Source of the DNA: Candidatus Dojkabacteria bacterium
GTDB taxonomy: Bacteria > Patescibacteriota > Dojkabacteria > SC72
DNA length: 41,743 nucleotides
Assembly: GCA_035377085.1 (NCBI GenBank)
Contig: DAOSSC010000001.1
Span: forward strand, 1 to 41,743
Direction of reading: 5' to 3'
In this document: positions 24,136 through 32,934 of the stretch, in pieces
How positions within the stretch are numbered: the first letter of the stretch is position 1
Layout: each line of letters starts with the position of its first letter
Notes under the pieces: model-generated
The model's input: the letters and a program-made list of their open reading frames with translations, nothing else
Told to the model about the DNA's origin: nothing
Databases searched by the model: none
Position numbers and translations under genes: made by a program

Positions 24136-27122
24136 TTTGTTTCTCTCCATACGATATCAAAACTTGTATCTTTGTTTAATTCGAATCTGCTAGATAGTTG
24201 ATTCTGAATAGCATTTAAATTGCCTGCATTCTCTATATTCCACGAAGATGGATAGATGATATCTAATTTGTATGCATGAGATTTCTCTCCTGGTTGTTTA
24301 AAAAGATCAATCGCTAGGAATATATTGTCACCATTTTTAACAATTGGAAAAGAGGCATTCTCTGGAGTCCTCTTTAATTGGTATGTAATTTCCAAGGTAT
24401 TAACATCTTTAATATTTGTATTAAACCATCCCCCTAATACTTTAAATCCACTCTCTTTGTATGTTGTGTATTTATTGTCGTCCATTCCCTTAACTGAAAT
24501 GATTGTAGCATATGAAGGGACATACACTCTTTGGTAATTAATATAGTTGCCTTGTGGATATACAAGATTTTCAGAAGTATTTTCTGTAGCAATTGTATAT
24601 TTGAAAACTATGGTATCCTCTTCTTTAATATCTACCTGTAAGTTGTAATTCTTTTCTAGATAAAGATTTGCCTTGTTTGCACCCCAGTTCCAATCAATTG
24701 CAATTGGAGCTTCGTTGTATTTTGAATCCAGTGAATCGGCCCAAGCTCTAGAGTTAAAGAAATTGAAGGCATCTCTGTTCTTAAATGATGCTTGCAAATG
24801 TTTTTCATCAAGAGATTCTCCAAAAACATCGGAAAGAGATATTAAATCTGAGATATTTTTTGAAAGAAGTTTTTGTATTATTTCATTTGCTAGATTTGCA
24901 AGAAAAGTGGTCTTTTGAGTTGTTCCTGGTGTGAAATTCTCATGTAATTTGAATATCTTGTCATAAAGATTGTCGCTTGTTACAAGTTCTGTTTCTCCTG
25001 GTACTTCTATTCCACCCCATTTATTTAGTAATTTTTGTATAAATGTTATATCTATGGTTATGATTCCATCAAGATCGTCTCCTTTGCCAAGTGCTCTAAT
25101 GAATGGCTCTGCATTTAAGTAAGTTTCTGTCAAATCTGGATACCAGTTAACAAGAGAGAAGTTCCAAGTTGTCAATCCAAGTGCTTGATTCATGGATTTA
25201 GGTGCGTTGAATGTCTTACCTTGCACTTTCAATGTCCCGTCGGCATTGTAAATGTCATCGACAAAAAGTTCCCTTACCTGTCCACCTTCTATTCCTACTA
25301 CACCGTAGCTAGTTAACCATCCTCCAGTGCTTCGAATCTCAGATTCGTTTTGCAGAAGAATGAGATATCTTTGTCGACCATCCACTCCTAGTAAATCAGG
25401 AAGGAATGTAATTATTTCTTTGTAATCAGATGTTGTCGAATCTAATTTCTCTACCAAATCTTTCAATTCTAGAATTTTGTCTTGTAGAAATTTGGGAAAG
25501 ACAGAGGTATTAACACTGTTCACGATGTCATTTGAAAGAGAGATTTTGTAAGTAGCATCATCTATCTTGTACTGGTTTTCTTTCATTGCTATTAGATATT
25601 CTCTGTACTCTCTCGAAGTAGAGGGCAGTGAACCTTGGATATCTACTGCAGGTTGAAAATCTTTAATGTAGGATGCTAATGGCTCGATGGAATCTAAAAG
25701 ACCGGATGCTCCATCTACTGCGTACTGTGCACCAACTATTAATTCGACGGAATTGTTGTAAAGGTCTGTTCCTCCAGTTATTTGGAACACCCATTTTAAG
25801 TTACTCAATGTCCCTGACACTCTGTCAATATTTTTATCCAGAACAGTGATTTCTTTTTTTGCTTTGGAAGTTTCTAAATCAAGGAGAGAGTTGCTAAGAG
25901 TTTTGGCTGATGAAGAAATAATCGTTAGTCCAATTAGCGTACCGATAACAGGATAGACAAAAAAGTAAGTAAAGAGGACTGTTAGAATAGATATCCCAAC
26001 ATATTTAGATATTTGTGAACTGTCAAAATCTTTTTTTGCGAATATGTTTTTTATTGGTGTGAAAAGCTTCGATACAAAGTTTCCAAGAGAAGTTTTGTAT
26101 ATTTTTACATTGGATTTTTCTTTTTTCTCTAATCTTTGCTTACCCTCTACATCCCATTTCTTGTTTATACTGTCATAGTAGGTTTGAATTTGTTCAATTA
26201 GAGAGTCTTCTAGAGTTACCTGTTGTATCCATCCATATTTTGTAGCATGTGGAGCTGGTACATAGAGGTCTTGTATCACAAATTCAGTATTTTCACTTTC
26301 CGTGAACTTAATGGATTGTGCTTCTGTGTTCAATTCTAGTAATTTGTAAGCGATGGAGAGGGTTGTGTAATTATTTTTGTTTGCTAAGGTAATTACCTCT
26401 CCTTTTGTTTTGTCAGAAAAGGTTAGTTTAAGAATTCCATATGTAGCATCGTTTTCATTTATTACATTGTGTAAATCTAGACCTTCTCCTTTTATTGTAA
26501 TCTGTGGTTTTTCTGTAGCATCTTTGAGTAGATTATGTAGGGTGTCGTTGTCTACACGGTTAATTCCTTTGCCAAGAAGGTTTCCAATTCGCAGTATCCT
26601 AATATTCAGATTTGTTTTGTCTTTAAACTCAGCTGCTAAGGTCTCACAGTATTTCTGTAACTCAATGTTGGAGTATGGAGAGGGAGATGCTACTTTTGAA
26701 TTGTTCACCCTGTTAGAAAGTTCTCTGTTGAGGGCAAGGGAAGTTATTAAGGAGAATTTAGCATTGTTTTTTCTTGCATTTCTTAGTGTTAAATCTAGGT
26801 ATCCTGTTTCTCGAAGAAATTCTTTACTGTCAAAATCTTTTTGTGAGAGTTGCTCATTAAGAAGATAGAAGAGGTAGTCAAAACGTTTTAAATTTTTGAA
26901 AAGAGCTTCCATGCCTTTGAATTCGAAGAAATCGACACTTTTTGATTTTTTTAATTCTGTAATATATTCTCGTGTTTGGGCATTAAACTTATCAATAATA
27001 ATGACATGACATCCTTGTTCTATGAGGGTTTTGGTTATTAAATAACCCAGTCTTGAACCTCCATGTACAATGACTGTCACTGGTGTTTGACTCTTGATTT
27101 TTGTTAGGGCAGAATTACTCAT
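24132..27122 (-). CDS. 996-aa fusion: N-terminal SDR/epimerase-like Rossmann domain (degenerate motifs), a TM segment, then a large DUF4012-like extracytoplasmic domain
   Basis: The N-terminus reads VTVIVHGGSRLGYLITKTLIEQGCHVIIID. The TM is ISILTVLFTYFFVYPVIGTLIGLTII. The ectodomain motif GVDGRQRYLILLQNESEIRSTGGWLTSYGVVGIEGG matches my memory of the DUF4012 core (RYL-L-QN-AE-R-TGG). Confidence 0.7.
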   Translation of the reverse strand: MSNSALTKIKSQTPVTVIVHGGSRLGYLITKTLIEQGCHVIIIDKFNAQTREYITELKKSKSVDFFEFKGMEALFKNLKRFDYLFYLLNEQLSQKDFDSKEFLRETGYLDLTLRNARKNNAKFSLITSLALNRELSNRVNNSKVASPSPYSNIELQKYCETLAAEFKDKTNLNIRILRIGNLLGKGINRVDNDTLHNLLKDATEKPQITIKGEGLDLHNVINENDATYGILKLTFSDKTKGEVITLANKNNYTTLSIAYKLLELNTEAQSIKFTESENTEFVIQDLYVPAPHATKYGWIQQVTLEDSLIEQIQTYYDSINKKWDVEGKQRLEKKEKSNVKIYKTSLGNFVSKLFTPIKNIFAKKDFDSSQISKYVGISILTVLFTYFFVYPVIGTLIGLTIISSSAKTLSNSLLDLETSKAKKEITVLDKNIDRVSGTLSNLKWVFQITGGTDLYNNSVELIVGAQYAVDGASGLLDSIEPLASYIKDFQPAVDIQGSLPSTSREYREYLIAMKENQYKIDDATYKISLSNDIVNSVNTSVFPKFLQDKILELKDLVEKLDSTTSDYKEIITFLPDLLGVDGRQRYLILLQNESEIRSTGGWLTSYGVVGIEGGQVRELFVDDIYNADGTLKVQGKTFNAPKSMNQALGLTTWNFSLVNWYPDLTETYLNAEPFIRALGKGDDLDGIITIDITFIQKLLNKWGGIEVPGETELVTSDNLYDKIFKLHENFTPGTTQKTTFLANLANEIIQKLLSKNISDLISLSDVFGESLDEKHLQASFKNRDAFNFFNSRAWADSLDSKYNEAPIAIDWNWGANKANLYLEKNYNLQVDIKEEDTIVFKYTIATENTSENLVYPQGNYINYQRVYVPSYATIISVKGMDDNKYTTYKESGFKVLGGWFNTNIKDVNTLEITYQLKRTPENASFPIVKNGDNIFLAIDLFKQPGEKSHAYKLDIIYPSSWNIENAGNLNAIQNQLSSRFELNKDTSFDIVWRETN

Positions 27123-27768
27123 TTGTATCTTCTACATTATCAAAATTAACGGGGATAGGAAAATTAAAAACTTTTAGATTTAGTAAATAGCCTTTTCTAA
27201 TTATAACTGGAACTTCAACATCCATATAACCCAGTGCTATAACCTTTATTTGATATTGGTTTTCTTTTAATTTAACCTCTGTAATTGGTAAATCATTTAA
27301 ATATTCACCATCGATATAAAGTTTTGCTTTTTGAGCATTGCTTGTAACCGTAAGAAAGCCCTCTGAAGCAGAGATCTTTGGTTCTGGTGAGTAATACATT
27401 ATACTTCCATGAAGAATATTTTCTGGACCAATCTCCAAATCTATTCTAGATGATGTGTTTTTGTAAAGTGGAATTTTAAAGGTTTGTTTTTTGTAAAAAG
27501 TTTCCCCAGAAGCTATCTTCTCGAGTTCAATTGTGTACTCTCCCTCTCTAAGATTCTCTATTTCCTGTGGAGTTTCTCCATACTCTTTTCCATCTATCCA
27601 TATTTTAGCTTTACCATTTTGCAAAACTATCTCTAGGGTAGTGTTGTTGTAAAAGCGTTTAATGACTGGAAGAGAGCCAATTATTCTGTTAATTGGAATG
27701 AAGTAGAAAAGGATAGAAAGCAAGAGTATGCTTCCTACTATTATGATGGCAGTTTTATGGTTTCTCAT
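27115..27768 (-). CDS. Membrane-anchored PEGA-domain protein
   Basis: 217 aa with an N-terminal TM. Two PEGA-like repeats are present: GKAKIWIDGKEYGETP and QKAKLYIDGEYLNDLP. It overlaps the downstream gene by 8 nt. Confidence 0.65.
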   Translation of the reverse strand: MRNHKTAIIIVGSILLLSILFYFIPINRIIGSLPVIKRFYNNTTLEIVLQNGKAKIWIDGKEYGETPQEIENLREGEYTIELEKIASGETFYKKQTFKIPLYKNTSSRIDLEIGPENILHGSIMYYSPEPKISASEGFLTVTSNAQKAKLYIDGEYLNDLPITEVKLKENQYQIKVIALGYMDVEVPVIIRKGYLLNLKVFNFPIPVNFDNVEDTNE

Positions 27769-27811
27769 CAGTTAAATTATATGGAAGAGTACCCTGTTTG
27801 TCCACTAAAGA

Positions 27812-29020
27812 TTAATATGAATACTTGGATTCAGGAGATTTCTCATCTTCATTTCCAATTCTTTTTCTTGATGCCTTGATATTTATGAATACTACAAAAG
27901 CAATTCCAAGCGAAACACCTAGTATTAAAGCAAAATATCGGATAGCACCAGTGGTTAAAATTGCAAAGGAACCAAGAAGAAGAGTAGCAGACATTTCAAG
28001 AAGGACAACCTGCCTTCTTGAGAGATTAAGTTTTAATAATTGATGATGAAGATGGTTTGTATCGTTAATTCTAAGCAATGTTAAGAGATTTTTTGGTTTT
28101 ACTACAAAAATTCTTTTTACAATGACATATATGAAATCTATTAAAGGGAGAGTAAGTAACATGAGTGTTGTTGACATCTTACTGTCGGCGATAATTGCAA
28201 GGATGCAGATCAAAAAACCATAGACAGTTTTCCCTGAGGAGCCACTCATAATCTTTTGTGGTGGAAACGCGAACATTACAAGGACAAGCAGTATTCCAAC
28301 TGCAAGAATACTTAATGTTGAGGAGAAAATGGCATTTTTTCTTAATGCAATTACAAATATTAGTGCAAATATTATTAATGAATTAGCTTCTACTATCCCT
28401 GGAGAACCAGCTGTCCATTTAACTGCATTAATACACATCAGAATCCACACAAAAAGAATTAAATCTCCTGGGAAAACAAAGGATTGTTGTAAATGAAAGA
28501 TTGAAAAGTCCCAGGAAATACTTTGGAGTTCAATATTAAAAAAAGAGATGTTTGTAAGATTAATAATGGAGAAAGAAATTACTAAAGCTGCAAGAATTTG
28601 GTAGAGGAATTGAACTTTGGCAGGTAAATTTAGAATATCATCAAGAAAAGAGCCAACTATTAAAATACCAAGAGCTATTAATATTGGTATCGTAAAACTA
28701 TCAAGTTTAAAAAATATTAATATAGCGGCAAAGATAGATAGGGAAAGGACCAATCCACCCAGAGAGGGTGTAATCCCTTCGTGCATAGCTTTTTGTGGAT
28801 TATCAAAATCCTTTTCATTTCTTTTCGAAAAAGGCTTGTATGTAATGTCATATTTTTGAGCAAAATGTCCTATTAGTGGTGTTAATATAAGAGAAATTAC
28901 AATACCAATAAGTAGAATAGGCCAGAAATCAAAGTATTTCGAATATGAGTCACTAGTAATTAAATCTGAAAAATGTGTAAGGAGCTTTTGTAGTATGATG
29001 TTTGAAGAGGAAAAATCCAT
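27812..29020 (-). CDS. Polyprenyl-phosphate N-acetylhexosamine-1-phosphate transferase family (MraY/WecA-like, GT4) protein, divergent
   Basis: 402 aa, roughly 10-11 TM. It reads HEGITPSLGGL and GSFLDDILNLPAKVQFLYQ (the DD...K..Q motif), with NDTNHLHHQLLKLNLSRRQ near the C-terminus. The usual NxxNxxDGxDGL motif reads NAVKWTAGSPGIV. Confidence 0.7.
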   Translation of the reverse strand: MDFSSSNIILQKLLTHFSDLITSDSYSKYFDFWPILLIGIVISLILTPLIGHFAQKYDITYKPFSKRNEKDFDNPQKAMHEGITPSLGGLVLSLSIFAAILIFFKLDSFTIPILIALGILIVGSFLDDILNLPAKVQFLYQILAALVISFSIINLTNISFFNIELQSISWDFSIFHLQQSFVFPGDLILFVWILMCINAVKWTAGSPGIVEANSLIIFALIFVIALRKNAIFSSTLSILAVGILLVLVMFAFPPQKIMSGSSGKTVYGFLICILAIIADSKMSTTLMLLTLPLIDFIYVIVKRIFVVKPKNLLTLLRINDTNHLHHQLLKLNLSRRQVVLLEMSATLLLGSFAILTTGAIRYFALILGVSLGIAFVVFINIKASRKRIGNEDEKSPESKYSY

Positions 29021-29496
29021 TAGAATGCATTAATTAATTGAATTAGAGATATTGTCATAGATACACAACAAAGTAATGCAGACAGGAGGAGCAATTTGGT
29101 TAAAAACTTCTCTCTGTTGTAGACCCTAATAGTCAGGAAGGTCGCTGCAGCAAGGGAAACTAGAGATATTGCTGGATATATTACAAGATATATTTTTGAA
29201 GTTAATTTCGCAGATGCAGCGATATTGTATCTAAGAATTGGAAGCAAAGATGGAAGGCTGTTTAGATTTACTACTATTATATATACCTGGTAAGCAACCA
29301 TTAGAAGTGAAATTACCAAAACAAACCAGAAGAATATATCTTTTAGGAACTTTCTAACCTCCAGTTGTGTTAAAAGAGAGTCTGTTTTTCCTTTTATTTT
29401 AAAGAATTTGTTTTTAAAAGGTTCCTTTATCTTTAGTCCTAGTTGAGTGTTTTGATCCTCCCTTTTTCGTGTAGAAGAAATTTTCTTCTTTTTCAT
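29020..29496 (-). CDS. Hypothetical membrane protein with a basic N-terminus
   Basis: 158 aa. It starts MKKKKISSTRKRED, followed by 3-4 TM helices. The stop shares 1 nt with the next gene's start. Confidence 0.5.
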   Translation of the reverse strand: MKKKKISSTRKREDQNTQLGLKIKEPFKNKFFKIKGKTDSLLTQLEVRKFLKDIFFWFVLVISLLMVAYQVYIIVVNLNSLPSLLPILRYNIAASAKLTSKIYLVIYPAISLVSLAAATFLTIRVYNREKFLTKLLLLSALLCCVSMTISLIQLINAF

Positions 29497-29504
29497 ATTA
29501 TTGA

Positions 29505-30245
29505 TTATACCAGAACAGAGCTCTTGTCGTTAAAGAGTTGTAGATATTCTTCTAAAGAAAGGTGCTGAGGTCGTTTTTGTAATAATTTGTCAAAATCACT
29601 ACTAAATTTGTATCCTCTTAGGTTGTTTCGGAGGGTTTTTCTTGGGTGTGTAAAGCATTGTTCGAGGAAAGAATTAAAAGAGGAGATATCTACAGGGAAA
29701 GTTTTTTGGGTAGGAGAGAACATTATAAGGGAACTGTTTACTTTTGGGGATGGTTTAAAGGAGGATGGTCCAATATCAAGGATTTTCTTACAATTTGCAT
29801 ATATTTGGGTTCTGAGTGAAAGAAGATTAGAATATGGAGCTTTTGCGATATATTTTTCTGCAACTTCTTTTTGGACTATGAAATAACAGTTGTTAGTAAA
29901 GTATTTTGAAGATATTATTTTTGAAATAATTTGCTTACTAACATTGTAAGGAAGAGATCCAAAGAATATAACTTGCTTATCACTTAACTCTTTAAAATCC
30001 CAATCTAGGAAATCTACATTTAAAACATTTATTCCTTGTGCAACTAACTTTTCAGCCAAAACATTATCTTTCTCTATTGCTAAAAGATTCTTGCCCATTT
30101 CTTTTAGTTTTATTGTGAAAAAGCCAATTCCAGGGCCTATCTCTACAATATATGGACATGACTCATTGGAAATATATGAAAGGATTTGGTTTCCTAAATT
30201 TACGTTTATGAAGAAATTTTGTCCTAAGGACTTTTTGAATTCCAT
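29505..30245 (-). CDS. rsmA: 16S rRNA (adenine1518/1519-N6) dimethyltransferase RsmA/KsgA
   Basis: 246 aa reading KSLGQNFFIN...YIVEIGPGIGFFTIKL...LLAIEKD...FGSLPYNVSKQII. Confidence 0.85.
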   Translation of the reverse strand: MEFKKSLGQNFFINVNLGNQILSYISNESCPYIVEIGPGIGFFTIKLKEMGKNLLAIEKDNVLAEKLVAQGINVLNVDFLDWDFKELSDKQVIFFGSLPYNVSKQIISKIISSKYFTNNCYFIVQKEVAEKYIAKAPYSNLLSLRTQIYANCKKILDIGPSSFKPSPKVNSSLIMFSPTQKTFPVDISSFNSFLEQCFTHPRKTLRNNLRGYKFSSDFDKLLQKRPQHLSLEEYLQLFNDKSSVLV

Positions 30246-31178
30246 TTATTTAATTCTAAAATCCCAAATATCGTTCTCTTTAACAAAGGTTAAGGAACAC
30301 TTTTTGCATTTTGCCTCACTGTTTGTAATAGAAAGGACTCCTTTACATTTTGGACAAGCTAAAATATCTTCAAGTTCAGATGTATGGACTACATTTTCTT
30401 TTATTTCTTTTTTAATAATACTCTCAAATACAACACTCGGAGGAATATTGCTCCAAGAGAGTAGAGGTTGAAGAATCCTTTCTGTTAGAATCATTAACTC
30501 CTCCCCGAAGACTTTTTTTAGTAAAGCAGAGCGAATATATGAACAGCCGTGCTTTTTAATTACTGTAAAACCATTTTTTTCTAATAAATCTTTAACATAC
30601 CTTGGATGGTAGTTAAAAAATATAGCCTCTTCTCCGGATTTTGTTCCTTCGAAATTACCTTTTGTTGGTTGTTGGTATGGTTCTTTTGAAAAAAACTTAA
30701 AATTCAATCTAACAAGTGCTTTTAATGTGGAAATGAGATGAATTTTGTTTGCGAACTCCTGTATGTAAAAGGAATTCCTATTCATCACACGGTGTAACTC
30801 TTCAAAATATGCTGAGGGTTTCTCAATGTGGTGTAGGACTCTTACCATTAGTGCTCCATCAAATGTATTATCCTTGAAGGGTAATTTGTATGCATTTGCA
30901 GCTATTAATTGGATATTGGGGTATTTTGTTTTTAAAATATCTTTGTTTTTGACCAATGTTTGAAGTGAATAGTCAAGGATTATTGGATTTGTGTATTTTT
31001 TGTAATATGTAGAACTTAATCTACCGTAAGAACCTCCGATGTCAAGAAACCAATTACCATTCTTGTTAGAAAAAATCTTTGTTAGAAGTATTTTTTCTGC
31101 TTCATTTTCATATCTTCTGTTACTCCAATAATTAGCATAATCATATCCAAAGAAATCGTAATCTGTTACTTTAGTCAT
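30246..31178 (-). CDS. Class I SAM-dependent methyltransferase with a C-terminal Trm112-like zinc ribbon
   Basis: 310 aa. Motif I reads WFLDIGGSYGRL, followed by ILDYS and LPFKDNTFDGALMVRVLHH. The C-terminus reads LACPKCKGVL...CKKCSLTF...IWDF. Confidence 0.7.
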   Translation of the reverse strand: MTKVTDYDFFGYDYANYWSNRRYENEAEKILLTKIFSNKNGNWFLDIGGSYGRLSSTYYKKYTNPIILDYSLQTLVKNKDILKTKYPNIQLIAANAYKLPFKDNTFDGALMVRVLHHIEKPSAYFEELHRVMNRNSFYIQEFANKIHLISTLKALVRLNFKFFSKEPYQQPTKGNFEGTKSGEEAIFFNYHPRYVKDLLEKNGFTVIKKHGCSYIRSALLKKVFGEELMILTERILQPLLSWSNIPPSVVFESIIKKEIKENVVHTSELEDILACPKCKGVLSITNSEAKCKKCSLTFVKENDIWDFRIK

Positions 31179-31179
31179 C

Positions 31180-32904
31180 TTAAATATCTTTTAATATTTT
31201 ATTTATATTTTGTAATTCACTAAGTAGCTTCTGGGACTGTTTAAATTCTCCCTTTTCTTCTGCAATAGCTATTTTTACATGTAAATCTCTCCTTTGATTC
31301 TCGTAGAAGTTCTTCTTTAGTCTTTGAATGATTTGATCTAGTTCATTATATATTTCTTCCTCATTGTTTGGTAACTCTGTTGTCTGAAATATAGCCTCTT
31401 CGATGACTTCTCTTGTATCTGGGTCTTCTTCAAGTGCGGTATATATCTCCTGACGAGTGATGCCTGGATTGGAGGAAAGTAGTTCTACTACTTTCTGTCT
31501 TTGAGGTGATGTCAGCAAGCTCTTTTTAACAATGTATTTGGGGGGCACTTTATCTAATAACAACAGCAGTTTTAGATATGTCAATTCTTGCCGTTGTTCC
31601 AACGTTTTCACGGGAAGATTAAGGGAAGCCTTATTACTAGGACGTTCCTGTGAAAACCGAATTCCGTGAAAATCTTTTGAGATGGTAAATGTTGTAATTT
31701 TTGCTACTTTCTCTATGTAGTGAGATTTAATAATTGGGTCTTTTACATTAGAAAGTAACTCGTCGATAAATTTCTTTACAATGGTTACATTGCTTAATTT
31801 ATTAAGGTCTTTATCTTCTATGTAGGTTGAGAGAATGAACGAAAAAGCTTCTGTTCTGTTCTTTATTTTCTTTGTGAAAAGCTTTTTATCTTTCTGCAGT
31901 AATTCATCTATATCCTTGTATGGAGAAGGAGTTGCAGCGTATGGGTATACTCCAAGTGCAGACGAGAGCCCGAATGCTCTTACTACAGCTTTAAATCCTG
32001 CACTATCACTGTCAAAGAAGAAAAGAAAGTTTCTTGTTAATTTAGAAAGCTTTTCTATTTGTTCTTTTGTTATTCCTGTTCCAAGTGGTGCGACAATGTT
32101 TTTAATTCCTGCTTGATGTGCAGATATGACATCTGTTTGACCTTCGCAAAGTATTGCTAGGTCTTGTTTCCTAATTTCTTGTCTAGACTCATATTGCCCA
32201 AAAAGATTGTCTTTTTTATGGAAAAGAGGTGTTTCTGGGGAATTCATATATTTAGGTCCCCAATCATTTCCAGGAAGTACTCTTCCAGAGAATGCGATTA
32301 CTTTTCCGTTAGAGGATCTTATTGGAAACATTATTCTGTCGCGGAATTTCTCTCGTATTTTACCCTCTTTTTCAACAAAAAGACCTGATTGAAGGAGTTC
32401 TTGTTTGGAATATTTTGTGTTCTTCTGTATGTAATCTAGTAGTTTTGGATATTTAGGTGTGTAACCTATACCGAAATTCTTTATTGATTCATCACTGAAC
32501 CCTCTTTCTTTTACATATTTCATAGCAATAGGGGAAGCTTTTAGTTGGTTATAGAAATATTTTGTTGAGAGATAGTTGATATCTTCAAGTCTCTTGTATT
32601 TACTATCTTTTTCGAACCGTTTGAGATCAACTCCTGCTTCTTTTGCTAATTTTTCAAGGGCTTCTACAAAGTCAATGTTTTCTATCTTTTGAACAAAGTT
32701 AAAGATATCTCCTGTTTCTCCACATCCAAAGCATTTATATCTTTGAATATCTGGACTTACAATGAAGGAAGGAGTTTTCTCCTTATGGAATGGACATAGT
32801 CCAGAGAAGTTCTTGCCAGCTTGTTTTAGTTGGACATACTTACCTACAACCTGAACTATATCCAAACGGTTCTTAATCTCTTCTATCTGATTATTTTGAT
32901 CCAT
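31180..32904 (-). CDS. dnaG: DNA primase
   Basis: 574 aa. The CHC2 zinc finger is GLCPFHKEKTPSFIVSP...YKCFGCGETGDIFNF. The TOPRIM motifs are ILCEGQTDV and FFFDSDSAG. Confidence 0.9.
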   Translation of the reverse strand: MDQNNQIEEIKNRLDIVQVVGKYVQLKQAGKNFSGLCPFHKEKTPSFIVSPDIQRYKCFGCGETGDIFNFVQKIENIDFVEALEKLAKEAGVDLKRFEKDSKYKRLEDINYLSTKYFYNQLKASPIAMKYVKERGFSDESIKNFGIGYTPKYPKLLDYIQKNTKYSKQELLQSGLFVEKEGKIREKFRDRIMFPIRSSNGKVIAFSGRVLPGNDWGPKYMNSPETPLFHKKDNLFGQYESRQEIRKQDLAILCEGQTDVISAHQAGIKNIVAPLGTGITKEQIEKLSKLTRNFLFFFDSDSAGFKAVVRAFGLSSALGVYPYAATPSPYKDIDELLQKDKKLFTKKIKNRTEAFSFILSTYIEDKDLNKLSNVTIVKKFIDELLSNVKDPIIKSHYIEKVAKITTFTISKDFHGIRFSQERPSNKASLNLPVKTLEQRQELTYLKLLLLLDKVPPKYIVKKSLLTSPQRQKVVELLSSNPGITRQEIYTALEEDPDTREVIEEAIFQTTELPNNEEEIYNELDQIIQRLKKNFYENQRRDLHVKIAIAEEKGEFKQSQKLLSELQNINKILKDI

Positions 32905-32934
32905 ACTTTAGCTGATTATATCATCAAAAGTGGA

